Source: a virus (taxonomy: Duplodnaviria; Caudoviricetes). Taken from it: a stretch of DNA of 64,000 bases. Of this stretch, positions 26,994-36,198 are shown in pieces. The stretch lies in IMG/VR virus record IMGVR_UViG_3300013296_000013, positions 29,312-93,311 of that record; one strand, given 5' to 3'. The notes beneath the pieces are model-generated. The model was not told the DNA's origin. It did no database searches and worked only from the letters and a program-made list of their open reading frames with translations. The translations under genes were made by a program, and so were the position numbers. Every line of letters begins with the position of its first letter. The first letter of the stretch is position 1.

Positions 26994-28148
26994 ATGCTAT
27001 ACGAAACTATCTATAAGCGCACTTCAAGTGGTAAGGTTCAAGTTTGGACCGCCGAAGTTGAAGGCGATAAGTACCGTACCATCTCTGGCCAAGAGGACGG
27101 AAAGAAAGTACCGTCCGAATGGACTATCGCTAAACCAAAGAACACTGGCAAAGCTAATGCTACGACCGGAGAGCAGCAAGCCGTCGCCGAAGTCGAAGCG
27201 ATGTATGCTAAGAAACTAGCTCGAGAATATCGTAAGACCAAAGATAATATCGACGAAAAATACTACACCAAACCTATGCTAGCTGACGGTTGGAAAGATC
27301 CAAAGAAGCGTCCAGCTATTGGTGTAGAGATAATAGTACAACCCAAACTAGACGGCATGCGTTGTCTCACGTCTGAAGAGCGTGGACCGCGAAGCCGTGA
27401 TGGCAAGCTCATTCCAGGCGCTCCTCATATCACTGATCATCTTCGTGAAAGCGGTATCTGGGAGATCGAAGGGCTAGAACTGGATGGCGAACTCTACAAT
27501 CATGAGTATCGTGAGAAGTTCGAAGAGCTTATCTCCGCACTGAAGAAAGAACCAGAGACCGAAGAACAATATGCTCGTGCTCGTAGTGTCGTTCAGTATC
27601 ATCTCTACGATATCGCATCATCTAAGAAAGACTATGCTGTCTACGATTCTAATGGAGCTCTGATTGATGGTCGTCTCTATGATCTAAAAGAGATTCATCA
27701 CAAATATCTGAGTGGATATGGTGATATGTTCCAGGTCACATATTCTGACTTCATTAAGATGAATGAAGAAGGTGTTGGAAATCTAACCGAAGAGTATTTG
27801 AACGACAAGTACGAAGGTGCTATGGTTAGAGTTGCTGCTTCTAAGTACGAGAACAAGCGCTCTAAGAGTCTTCTTAAGGTTAAGCCGATGGAAGACGGAG
27901 AGTTCAAGATCCTCGATATCGAGGAAGGTAAGGGTAACTGGACTGGATACGCTAAGGTCGTATACATCGAGATGCCAAACGGTCAGCGCTGTAAATCAGG
28001 TGTCAAAGGTAATCAAGCGTACTGTAAAGAGCTTCTCGAAAAGAAAGACGAAGCTATCGGTAAGCTTGGTACCGTAACTTACTTGCGTTTCACTAACGAT
28101 GGTATGCTGTATCTACCTGTTTTTAAAGGTGTACGCTGGGACGCGTGA
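26994..28148 (+). CDS. ATP-dependent DNA ligase (gp30)
   Basis: QPKLDGMRC, LDGELY, YEGAMVR, KRS..LLKVK. Confidence 0.95.
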   Translation: MLYETIYKRTSSGKVQVWTAEVEGDKYRTISGQEDGKKVPSEWTIAKPKNTGKANATTGEQQAVAEVEAMYAKKLAREYRKTKDNIDEKYYTKPMLADGWKDPKKRPAIGVEIIVQPKLDGMRCLTSEERGPRSRDGKLIPGAPHITDHLRESGIWEIEGLELDGELYNHEYREKFEELISALKKEPETEEQYARARSVVQYHLYDIASSKKDYAVYDSNGALIDGRLYDLKEIHHKYLSGYGDMFQVTYSDFIKMNEEGVGNLTEEYLNDKYEGAMVRVAASKYENKRSKSLLKVKPMEDGEFKILDIEEGKGNWTGYAKVVYIEMPNGQRCKSGVKGNQAYCKELLEKKDEAIGKLGTVTYLRFTNDGMLYLPVFKGVRWDA

Positions 28149-28155
28149 TATCGAT

Positions 28156-28581
28156 TTACGTGTGATTAGACTGAATCTCACAGTTCCAGTTATTACTAGA
28201 ACCGCCTGAAGAACCAGTGACGGTAAAAAGTACATCTAAGTCGATACTTTTACCAGCGCCTACTCGAAACTGAACTGCTGTTCCAGACCCACCGTTTGAT
28301 ATATTGGTTCCATAATTTATGCTATTAGCTGGAAAACCACTCCATGTCCAAGTAGCACTTTGAGAACAGTTTAGAGTTATATACGTGTTCCCTGTTCCAA
28401 TAGCTAGCTGATCACCAGTGGGACTAAATGTTATATTAGATTTGCCATAAAAATTACTAAAAGACAAAGGTCCTGTAGACGGTGTTCCACCCTTTCCTCG
28501 TAGCGGTGTCATATCGGTCGCTGTTCCGAATTCAGCAGCTATCTGACTTAACTTAATAGTGCCTGATGATTGAAGTGTCAT
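28156..28581 (-). CDS. Small virion/tail accessory protein
   Basis: MTLQSSG.I.LSQI..EFG...FSNFYGKS N-terminus typical of phage tail accessory proteins. Confidence 0.6.
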   Translation of the reverse strand: MTLQSSGTIKLSQIAAEFGTATDMTPLRGKGGTPSTGPLSFSNFYGKSNITFSPTGDQLAIGTGNTYITLNCSQSATWTWSGFPANSINYGTNISNGGSGTAVQFRVGAGKSIDLDVLFTVTGSSGGSSNNWNCEIQSNHT

Positions 28582-29000
28582 TATCGTATTCTCTTAAGAA
28601 CAGTTGAAAAGTTTAAAAGGTCAGACGGAGCATTTTTTAAAGCAAACGTGATAGTTATGTCGTAATGATTATTGTCTTCATTTGGAACAACCTGAGACAT
28701 GATAAGAATAACTCTCGGTTCGTGCTGTGTGACAGTAGTCTTTATAGCTTCTTTGATAAGATCGATAGTGACGTCATCCATCGGCTCAAATAATAGATGT
28801 CGAATCCGAGACCCAATATCAGATTGAAATGGGCGCTCTCCTAGATTCGTTAAGATTAAATTCTTCATGGCACGAATAACAGATCGCTCATTGACTACAC
28901 GCGCCAGTTCACCGCTGATCGGATTACGATCAAAATTAATCAAGAAATCTGAATAATATTCTTGTTGTTTAGTTCGTGGTGTAATACGATCTGCGCGCAT
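28581..29000 (-). CDS. Baseplate wedge subunit gp25
   Basis: NLILTNLGERPFQ..IGS...LLFE, EPRV. Confidence 0.9.
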   Translation of the reverse strand: MRADRITPRTKQQEYYSDFLINFDRNPISGELARVVNERSVIRAMKNLILTNLGERPFQSDIGSRIRHLLFEPMDDVTIDLIKEAIKTTVTQHEPRVILIMSQVVPNEDNNHYDITITFALKNAPSDLLNFSTVLKRIR

Positions 29001-29009
29001 TTAAATTCC

Positions 29010-29672
29010 TTACGCTGGTGGACCAGACGTGTCTGGTCCAGATTTAACAGCGGTATGAGTGTGATTATCAAGACTCTTTCCATTAGCAATAACATCACCC
29101 GAAGTTGTGATCTTTCCTGTCACATCGATGTCACAGCTAACTGTTAATTTTGATGCGTCGATAGTCATATCACCAGACGCAACTATAGATGCATCACCGT
29201 CGATATCTATCTCTACATCACCGCCTGTCGTAATATTTAAGTTTCCATCGATCTTAGCTGACATAGTTCCGTTAACCAAGGTTAACGAATCTCCTTCAGT
29301 CATGATAACACTGTCGCCTAGAGTGGCTATGGTGCTATCACCTTTAACAACTGTAGATAGATCACCTTGGACTTCAGCATATAGATCGCCCTGAACTACT
29401 AATTTAAGATTACCTCCGACCAAGATGTCTCCATTCTTGTCTATCGTCAGAGTTAATCCACCCTTAGTATATTTGTATTCGTCAGATACAACTAATTCTA
29501 CTTTACGCCCATCTGAACTTACTTCGAAAAATGTTCCAGATTTATGAGCTTGTCGTAGTCGTTCAGAGCCTGGTGTATCATCTATATGAAATTCATGTCC
29601 TGAACGACTAATACTAACTTGATTGAATGGATATTTTGCAGCAAATGTAGAATTTGGAAAACGTTCAGTCAT
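29010..29672 (-). CDS. Baseplate spike, gp5 C-terminal beta-helix part with HxH apex
   Basis: YPFNQV...SGH...DDTPG.ER...HKSGTF; VxGD repeats; LDNHTH. Confidence 0.85.
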   Translation of the reverse strand: MTERFPNSTFAAKYPFNQVSISRSGHEFHIDDTPGSERLRQAHKSGTFFEVSSDGRKVELVVSDEYKYTKGGLTLTIDKNGDILVGGNLKLVVQGDLYAEVQGDLSTVVKGDSTIATLGDSVIMTEGDSLTLVNGTMSAKIDGNLNITTGGDVEIDIDGDASIVASGDMTIDASKLTVSCDIDVTGKITTSGDVIANGKSLDNHTHTAVKSGPDTSGPPA

Positions 29673-29674
29673 AA

Positions 29675-30400
29675 TTAAGCTTTCAATGATTTAAGAGCGT
29701 CTTCTACGGCGCTCATTGTTGTGTTCATTTGAAATTTGCTTCCGTTTATTCTATTTATTGCTTGCGCTATACTCGTTATATTCTCTTTTGACAGCTTTTG
29801 AGCTATCGAAGATACGTTTTGATTAGCGGTTGTATACGTTGTTCCACCATCAGCTGTTTTACTCCCATTAATGATCGCGTTCAATTCGCTGATGTTAGCG
29901 TTCTTTAAAAGATCTCGTAATTCTTTAACTGTTTTAAGAGCGTTCTTCAATTTGTTAAATGGAGAGATCTTTTTTGTTGGATCTAATGGCCCGATAGAAT
30001 CTAGATTACGATACTGGAGTTTTTCGGTTGTTTCTCCTATTAAGTTCTTAGAAAGAACAGAATTAAGATCATCTCCTTTAGTTTGTGGAGAGAAATCGCC
30101 GTTTCCTCCATCTTCAGCCGTAGATCTACCAAGAGTTCCATCGATCACAGGAATGACCTCGAATGGATCAACCCATTCGCCTCTAACTATAGATCCGACT
30201 ACCAATCCAGTAGTCGCGCCAGATACTCCACCACTCATTCCATGCGTGACAGGAAATACACATCTCGCCCACGGCAAGTCAGAATCTGGAATACGAGCAT
30301 GATCATCATGATCTCCGAACACACGAATCTGAGCTCGTCCAGCTTTTTCTGGATCGTTTACGTTTACTACTTTAGCTATAAAGCGTTTAATATTTGTCAT
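29675..30400 (-). CDS. Baseplate hub gp5 N-terminal OB-fold part
   Basis: VVNVNDP...GR..IRVFG.H....P...LPWA. Confidence 0.85.
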   Translation of the reverse strand: MTNIKRFIAKVVNVNDPEKAGRAQIRVFGDHDDHARIPDSDLPWARCVFPVTHGMSGGVSGATTGLVVGSIVRGEWVDPFEVIPVIDGTLGRSTAEDGGNGDFSPQTKGDDLNSVLSKNLIGETTEKLQYRNLDSIGPLDPTKKISPFNKLKNALKTVKELRDLLKNANISELNAIINGSKTADGGTTYTTANQNVSSIAQKLSKENITSIAQAINRINGSKFQMNTTMSAVEDALKSLKA

Positions 30401-31620
30401 ACGTTCTGTTTATATCCACCCTTAAGTGCTTCGATAGAACACGTATAGCGTGGTGAACTTCCTTCTGGCATTATGATATGGCGAATAAATGCTACTAGAT
30501 ATTTACCACTCAGCTGTGGGTGGAGAGATGGAGCACTATCAGTTGATGTAGTATCTAATAGATCTACTTTAATCATCTGTCCCGCAGAGAGGCCAGAATC
30601 CCCTAAAACATGTAAATGGAGGAAACCCTGGCCCATTAGGGAAATGGTATTCTGGCGGGTTCCTAGGCCATCAGAAATAAACGTATCTGGATTACCAGAG
30701 TCTTTCATGACCCAACTATTAGATCCAGCATTACTACCCCATCTTTTTATCGTCTGATCGTTATCAGGATTATTCATTACCCCATCAGCTGCTTTTAATA
30801 TCGCTGGAGCAAATTTAGTGATAGCCGATTTATAGCTTAGTGTTTTAAAATCGAATGATTTGATCTCATGTGCAAGCCCACCATTATGTAAACGCTTAGT
30901 TAGATCGAACTGTTGATCTTGTTTGTAGTCTATAATATTTCTAAAGTTTGATTGAGTCATGTCGGTATGCATAGTTGGATTATTAGTGAACGTTCGATCA
31001 CTAATATCACCACTAAACAAACTCTCGATCGTTTTATAGTGTATACCATCAATATTCTCAAAGAATACAAACATCGAAGACTTATCATCTACAGATATCG
31101 ACTGCTTACGCATACGCTTTATAGCCTCTAAAGGAGGTTTACTAGCTATAATAATCTTTTGAACACCCTTTGTTTTTTGGATGTCTAATTTTTTATCCGT
31201 CTGAAGATAAGTCTTACACACGTCTTCGACCATATTAGATATGTTTGTGTTGTAAGATTTAGTAATTTGGCACGACTTAGCGGTAAGTACTTCAGGAGTA
31301 ACACACTGAAGAGTGTAATTTTTAGATCTCATATTGCTAGAAGGAATAGATTCTTTAACAGATGCTACAACTAACTCAAAAGTTCTAGTGTCTTTAGATG
31401 GAGATGAGATCTCGATAGTTATGCGCTCACCACCTAAGATCGGAAGGTTAGATAATAGATTACGAGTATCATCTATCGTGATCTCAGCTATGATACCTGG
31501 AGTTAAGATTGATTCGAATATGCTCATCATACGAATCAGTTCTACAACGTTCACTATTCCTTGATGAACGAAGAGACTAGCAGTTTTTATAGTGATATCG
31601 CCTGGTAATTGCTGTTTCAT
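30397..31620 (-). CDS. Baseplate hub protein (gp27-like)
   Basis: IFESI, LPILGGE, FFEN, SGKYLV..IRH; position before gp5. Confidence 0.75.
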   Translation of the reverse strand: MKQQLPGDITIKTASLFVHQGIVNVVELIRMMSIFESILTPGIIAEITIDDTRNLLSNLPILGGERITIEISSPSKDTRTFELVVASVKESIPSSNMRSKNYTLQCVTPEVLTAKSCQITKSYNTNISNMVEDVCKTYLQTDKKLDIQKTKGVQKIIIASKPPLEAIKRMRKQSISVDDKSSMFVFFENIDGIHYKTIESLFSGDISDRTFTNNPTMHTDMTQSNFRNIIDYKQDQQFDLTKRLHNGGLAHEIKSFDFKTLSYKSAITKFAPAILKAADGVMNNPDNDQTIKRWGSNAGSNSWVMKDSGNPDTFISDGLGTRQNTISLMGQGFLHLHVLGDSGLSAGQMIKVDLLDTTSTDSAPSLHPQLSGKYLVAFIRHIIMPEGSSPRYTCSIEALKGGYKQNV

Positions 31621-32246
31621 TATGATGTTAATAGTTTCTTTAGATTATCTGCCGCAGTCTGAGCTAAACGACTATCTAATAGACGTATATGTGATTTATC
31701 AGCATTAGCTTCAAGTTCAACGTCATATGCCGAAACTGATTCCCAATAAGATAACTCTTCGTCTACAGGCTGATTAGTAGATTTAATATCGATTTGTTTA
31801 CGAATATATGATGCTGGTGCGTTAAATTGATCCATTTGTGGATCCCAATATTTCTTTTCGTAAGATGGAAGATCATCATACTGATTTTTAGATAAGATTC
31901 GATCATCACCAGACCAATTGACTCGATAGAACACAATATGGTTCTGAGCATTAGTTATAGAACCATAGTCATCATTAATCTTTTGTTCTAATACTACGTC
32001 ACTTAACGGCCACTGATAATATGGGTCGATGATGTTATTACTCAGATATACTAGCCAAACAAAATCTGCATCACCATAGTATTTTTCAGCTACTAACCAT
32101 GCTGCCATACCATCTTTAACAGCATACGGATAGAACGCATACTTATCGTTAACTACACTGTTAAGAATAGCAGCACGATTAGTGATGTCTATCACCAGGT
32201 TGTTATTGTATCTGATAATAGGAAACTGAGAGAAATACGGATTCAT
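31620..32246 (-). CDS. Baseplate wedge protein gp53
   Basis: YFSQFP.I.Y, A.KYYGD....W...L.N.I.DPYYQWPL. Confidence 0.9.
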   Translation of the reverse strand: MNPYFSQFPIIRYNNNLVIDITNRAAILNSVVNDKYAFYPYAVKDGMAAWLVAEKYYGDADFVWLVYLSNNIIDPYYQWPLSDVVLEQKINDDYGSITNAQNHIVFYRVNWSGDDRILSKNQYDDLPSYEKKYWDPQMDQFNAPASYIRKQIDIKSTNQPVDEELSYWESVSAYDVELEANADKSHIRLLDSRLAQTAADNLKKLLTS

Positions 32247-33238
32247 TATACTGATCCTAGATTACGACCAGGCGGTCCATCGACATTATCAAAATCTCCA
32301 TTTCCTGCTTCGATTAACCCGGTTCCGCCATTACGCCATAGTTCTAATTCGATAAAATCAAGAGCAAATATGATCTCAACTGGATTGCTATCACTATGAA
32401 ATGAGGGACGATCAGGAGCCCAATCGATATGAACACCCGTGACAGCGCACGGCTTGAAGGTGTAAGTTGCATCACGTAGAGATTGTGGGTTTAGCTTTAT
32501 CCAACAGATATCTGGTATCTCATAGAAACCACCAACAGCGGCATTCAGTAATCCTGGTGCCGCTGTTTTTTTGAACGTATCTGTTATCTTTTTTATCGTA
32601 GTCGCTTCGTCGGCATTCCTTGGAGCTAGACGCCACTGAAAGCTATGAGTCTTGAAATTCGGTCCTTTAAAAAAGACTGTTTGAAATGGATTATCGGCTA
32701 CACCTAAAAATTGCTTTACGGCATTTAGACCTCCACCCGTAATTCCGTTTCCAACTTCAATAAGCTGTTTAATTCCAGACCCAAGTACTGATTCTCCTGT
32801 CTTTTGAATTAAACCACCAGCTGAATTAATAGCTGAATTAAACGAGTTAACAGAACCGGTCTTTAATCCATCCGATAGATTTTGAAGTTGAGGTCCGATA
32901 TTATCTGCGGCCATCCAACCGTCATCTGGATACCAGTTATAAGTGCTGCTGTCTCTAAGATTAGATGGTAACGGAAGAGCGATATAATCTTTAATTCCTT
33001 CGCTCGACAGTCCTTGATAGATGCTTGGCCTATGATATGATTCAAATCCAAATGATATATAATATTTGGGAAGATCGGCTGGATATTTTAAGATCGTAGT
33101 TTTATCGGTCTCATCTATCTTTACTGTTGGATCTGACGCTGAGATACGAGTACGCGTCGTATCTGGTTGACGCGTGTCAGGAGTAACTCCAGGAGCTAAG
33201 AAGTTAGTAACCGAGTCTACAAAGTTCATGAGACCCAT
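32246..33238 (-). CDS. Baseplate tail-tube cap gp48
   Basis: NP....F.GP.FKTHSFQW.LAPRN..EA, L.F.ELE. Confidence 0.8.
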   Translation of the reverse strand: MGLMNFVDSVTNFLAPGVTPDTRQPDTTRTRISASDPTVKIDETDKTTILKYPADLPKYYISFGFESYHRPSIYQGLSSEGIKDYIALPLPSNLRDSSTYNWYPDDGWMAADNIGPQLQNLSDGLKTGSVNSFNSAINSAGGLIQKTGESVLGSGIKQLIEVGNGITGGGLNAVKQFLGVADNPFQTVFFKGPNFKTHSFQWRLAPRNADEATTIKKITDTFKKTAAPGLLNAAVGGFYEIPDICWIKLNPQSLRDATYTFKPCAVTGVHIDWAPDRPSFHSDSNPVEIIFALDFIELELWRNGGTGLIEAGNGDFDNVDGPPGRNLGSV

Positions 33239-33284
33239 AGCGTTCCCCTATAAGTATTTGTTCTTATTATTTAGGTGACGATCG

Positions 33285-33725
33285 GTGGCATATAAAGGGC
33301 AATTCAAACCAAAGAATCCTCAAAAATATCGTGGTGATTCTAAAAATATCATATATCGCTCAAGATGGGAGGAACGATTTATGAGATTTTGCGATAATAA
33401 CTCAGCTGTTTTAGAATGGTCTAGTGAAGAGTTCTTTATACCTTATCGATGCAGAACTGATAACCGTATTCATCGTTATTTTCCAGACTTTAAGATCAGG
33501 GTAAAAGATGATAAAGGAAACGTTGTAACTAAAGTTATCGAGATTAAACCACGAAAAGAATGTTTTGCTCCAGTTAAACCGGCTCGTATGATTAAAAGAT
33601 ATCTTACAGAGGCTTTAACATACGCTAAAAATAAGAGTAAATGGGAACACGCCGAAGAATGGTGTTCCAATCGTGGTTACGAGTTCGTGATCATGACTGA
33701 AAAAGAGCTTGGAATAAAGTTCTAA
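33285..33725 (+). CDS. Head completion nuclease gp4
   Basis: YKG.FKPKNPQKY.GD...IYRS.WE, HRYFPDF, EIKP. Confidence 0.95.
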   Translation: MAYKGQFKPKNPQKYRGDSKNIIYRSRWEERFMRFCDNNSAVLEWSSEEFFIPYRCRTDNRIHRYFPDFKIRVKDDKGNVVTKVIEIKPRKECFAPVKPARMIKRYLTEALTYAKNKSKWEHAEEWCSNRGYEFVIMTEKELGIKF

Positions 33726-33732
33726 ATAGACT

Positions 33733-34362
33733 ATGGCAAATAGAATAACTGCGTCGATAGACTTTATATTTCAAAAGATCGCTAAAGGTTTACCACCAGA
33801 TCTGGAGGGAGCTCAACAGCGTAGACAGGCGCGCACTTGGTTTCGTAAAGCTGCATCTGAAGTAACTTCTATCGATGCAGTTAGAGCTATGAATCGAGCT
33901 GATCGTGAACGTAAATATAGTCGTATAAATCAAAATAACATCGGGCAGATGGTCATGTTTTGGTACGACGCTAAACTTAAAAATGAATTACCCTATTGGG
34001 ATCGTTTACCGTTAGTATTTCCGATCGAGATGTATAAAGATGGATTTCTCGGAATCAATTTACATTATCTCCCACCACGATATAGAGCTATTCTTATGGA
34101 TGCACTATATACGACTCTTAGTAATAAAAAATACGATTCTACTACTAGATTACGCATCTCCTATCAGATTTTAAAAAATGCTAGTAAGTTTAAACCATTC
34201 GTACCGTGCGTAAAGAGATATCTCTCTAATCACGTTCAGTCTTCATTTGTGGCGATTCAACCAGAAGAATGGGATATGTGTCTCATGCTGCCAACTGAAC
34301 GATTCCAAAAGAAGAGAAAGCAGACCGTTTGGAATGAATCTATCAAGAAGATCAAAGGATAA
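33733..34362 (+). CDS. DNA end protector protein gp2
   Basis: F.YDAK.K..LPYWD..PL, GINLHYLPP. Confidence 0.95.
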   Translation: MANRITASIDFIFQKIAKGLPPDLEGAQQRRQARTWFRKAASEVTSIDAVRAMNRADRERKYSRINQNNIGQMVMFWYDAKLKNELPYWDRLPLVFPIEMYKDGFLGINLHYLPPRYRAILMDALYTTLSNKKYDSTTRLRISYQILKNASKFKPFVPCVKRYLSNHVQSSFVAIQPEEWDMCLMLPTERFQKKRKQTVWNESIKKIKG

Positions 34363-34365
34363 TGA

Positions 34366-35001
34366 ATGCCTAATTTCAACATCAATGAGTTCAAATCGAT
34401 CATTGAAAAAAACGGCGAGCTTCTTCATCCAAATAAATTCATGGTTCGATTTCCTACGCCTAACGGTCTAGCTAACTCTACAACATCTAGCGTTACTTCT
34501 GATGGACGACTCTCAGTGGGAATCACTGGGGATGACAAGACTATGTCTTATTACTGTAAGTCAGCGGTAGTTCCTGGTATTGGTATCGATTCAAACACGA
34601 TATCAAAATATGGATATGGTCCACTAGAACGTTTCGCTAAAGGAACTCTCGTTAACGACGTTATCTTCAATTTTTATGTCGATGCTAATAATCAAGTCAA
34701 GACATTCTTTATCAAATGGATGCGTTTAATAACTGGAGCGCATAGTCAGTATGGAATGACTACAGATCTTGGTAATGGACGAATGCCATATGAGATCAGT
34801 TATAAAGAAGATTACTGTGTTGACTTATCAATAAGTACGTATGATCAACAAGGCACAGAGATCAACAGAACGACGCTGATCGATGCATGGCCGAATTATA
34901 TCGGAGATGTTAGTGTTGATTGGCAAGATAAGAACAATTTTATGCTACTTCCAATAGCATTTACATATCGTGATTGGTACGAAGATACCATTCCACTATA
35001 A
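34366..35001 (+). CDS. Tail tube initiator (gp54/gp19-like)
   Basis: N.F.V, DAWP, F.YRDW; synteny. Confidence 0.75.
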   Translation: MPNFNINEFKSIIEKNGELLHPNKFMVRFPTPNGLANSTTSSVTSDGRLSVGITGDDKTMSYYCKSAVVPGIGIDSNTISKYGYGPLERFAKGTLVNDVIFNFYVDANNQVKTFFIKWMRLITGAHSQYGMTTDLGNGRMPYEISYKEDYCVDLSISTYDQQGTEINRTTLIDAWPNYIGDVSVDWQDKNNFMLLPIAFTYRDWYEDTIPL

Positions 35002-35010
35002 GGACATATA

Positions 35011-35709
35011 ATGCCGCTTCCTAAAGCAAAATTCGCGACGTTCGAAACACAAATTCCTTCGACTAAACAAAAGATTCAATATCGTCAATTCCAGGTAGCC
35101 GAAGAGAAGATTCTTTTAATGGCTAAATCTTCTGAAGATGAAGGAGATATCTTCAAAGCGATCAAGCAGATCGTTAATAACTGCGTATTAGATGATATTG
35201 ATATCGATGAGCTTTGTACGTTTGATATAGAATACATGTTTATCAAGATACGTGCTGTATCTGTTGGAAACGTAATCGAATTAACTTTTCAAGAGGGTGA
35301 TGGAACATACAAGTTCTTCGTTGATCTCGATGAAGTAAAAGTCACATTTCCAGATAACACGACTAACATCGTTCAAATAACAGAAGATCAGGGTATCGAA
35401 TTACGTTATCCACCGGCATCTCTGTTTGATAGTAGAAACACGGTAATGACCGGTGTAGATGCTTATGAGTACTTGGCGGCTAAGTCTATCGTTAAGATAT
35501 TTGATGGCGATGAGGTGTTTCTTGCTAAAGATTGCTCTGAACAGGAGCTATTAAGTTTCATCAACACGCTTGATAGCGCATCATATCAATCTGTCAAGAA
35601 ATTTCTGTCATCTATCCCACGAATTCAACACACAGTAGAATACACTGATAGAACAGGAGTTCAGCGCAAACTAGAACTAAATACGTTAACAGATTTTTTT
35701 ACGTTTTAA
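35011..35709 (+). CDS. Baseplate hub subunit gp26
   Basis: MPLPK, EEKILLMA, FDIEY.F.KIRA.SVG. Confidence 0.9.
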   Translation: MPLPKAKFATFETQIPSTKQKIQYRQFQVAEEKILLMAKSSEDEGDIFKAIKQIVNNCVLDDIDIDELCTFDIEYMFIKIRAVSVGNVIELTFQEGDGTYKFFVDLDEVKVTFPDNTTNIVQITEDQGIELRYPPASLFDSRNTVMTGVDAYEYLAAKSIVKIFDGDEVFLAKDCSEQELLSFINTLDSASYQSVKKFLSSIPRIQHTVEYTDRTGVQRKLELNTLTDFFTF

Positions 35710-35879
35710 TGAGTCATAATAGTCTCGAGGACTATTATGCTCTAAATTTCGCTCTTAAGAATAATCCAGATCACACGTGGACTATACAAGAGATCGAAGA
35801 ACTTGTTCCATTTGAGAGGGACATTTACGTCGATATGCTTATACAATATCTGGAGATGAAACGAAAAGAGAGGGAATAA
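35709..35879 (+). CDS. Baseplate hub assembly protein gp51-like
   Basis: Not in the ORF track: MSHNSLEDYYALNFAL...IEELVPFERDIYVDML.QYLE. Confidence 0.75.
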   Translation: MSHNSLEDYYALNFALKNNPDHTWTIQEIEELVPFERDIYVDMLIQYLEMKRKERE

Positions 35880-35880
35880 C

Positions 35881-36195
35881 ATGAGCGATGATACCGATGA
35901 TGTAGACAAGCAACAGAAGATAGTTAATGGCATCTCAGATGCTATGGGGACTATTGACTCTCTTACTGGATTAGACAAAGAAGATCATGAACAAGTTTGG
36001 CGTAGCCGTACTAAGATGGCTTGGATCGCTCTATGGGCTATAATCCTTCCTACTATGTACATCGTTCTTAAAGTTAGCAATCCAGAGATAATCGAAAAAC
36101 TAGGTGTTATGTTGTCCTGGTATTATCTAGCTCTTGCATCTATAGTTGGTGCATATTTCGGATTTAAAGCTTGGGCGTCTATTCAAGGTAAGTAA
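35881..36195 (+). CDS. Two-TM membrane protein (possibly holin-like)
   Basis: Two TM segments, SIVGAYFG. Confidence 0.55.
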   Translation: MSDDTDDVDKQQKIVNGISDAMGTIDSLTGLDKEDHEQVWRSRTKMAWIALWAIILPTMYIVLKVSNPEIIEKLGVMLSWYYLALASIVGAYFGFKAWASIQGK

Positions 36196-36198
36196 TAC

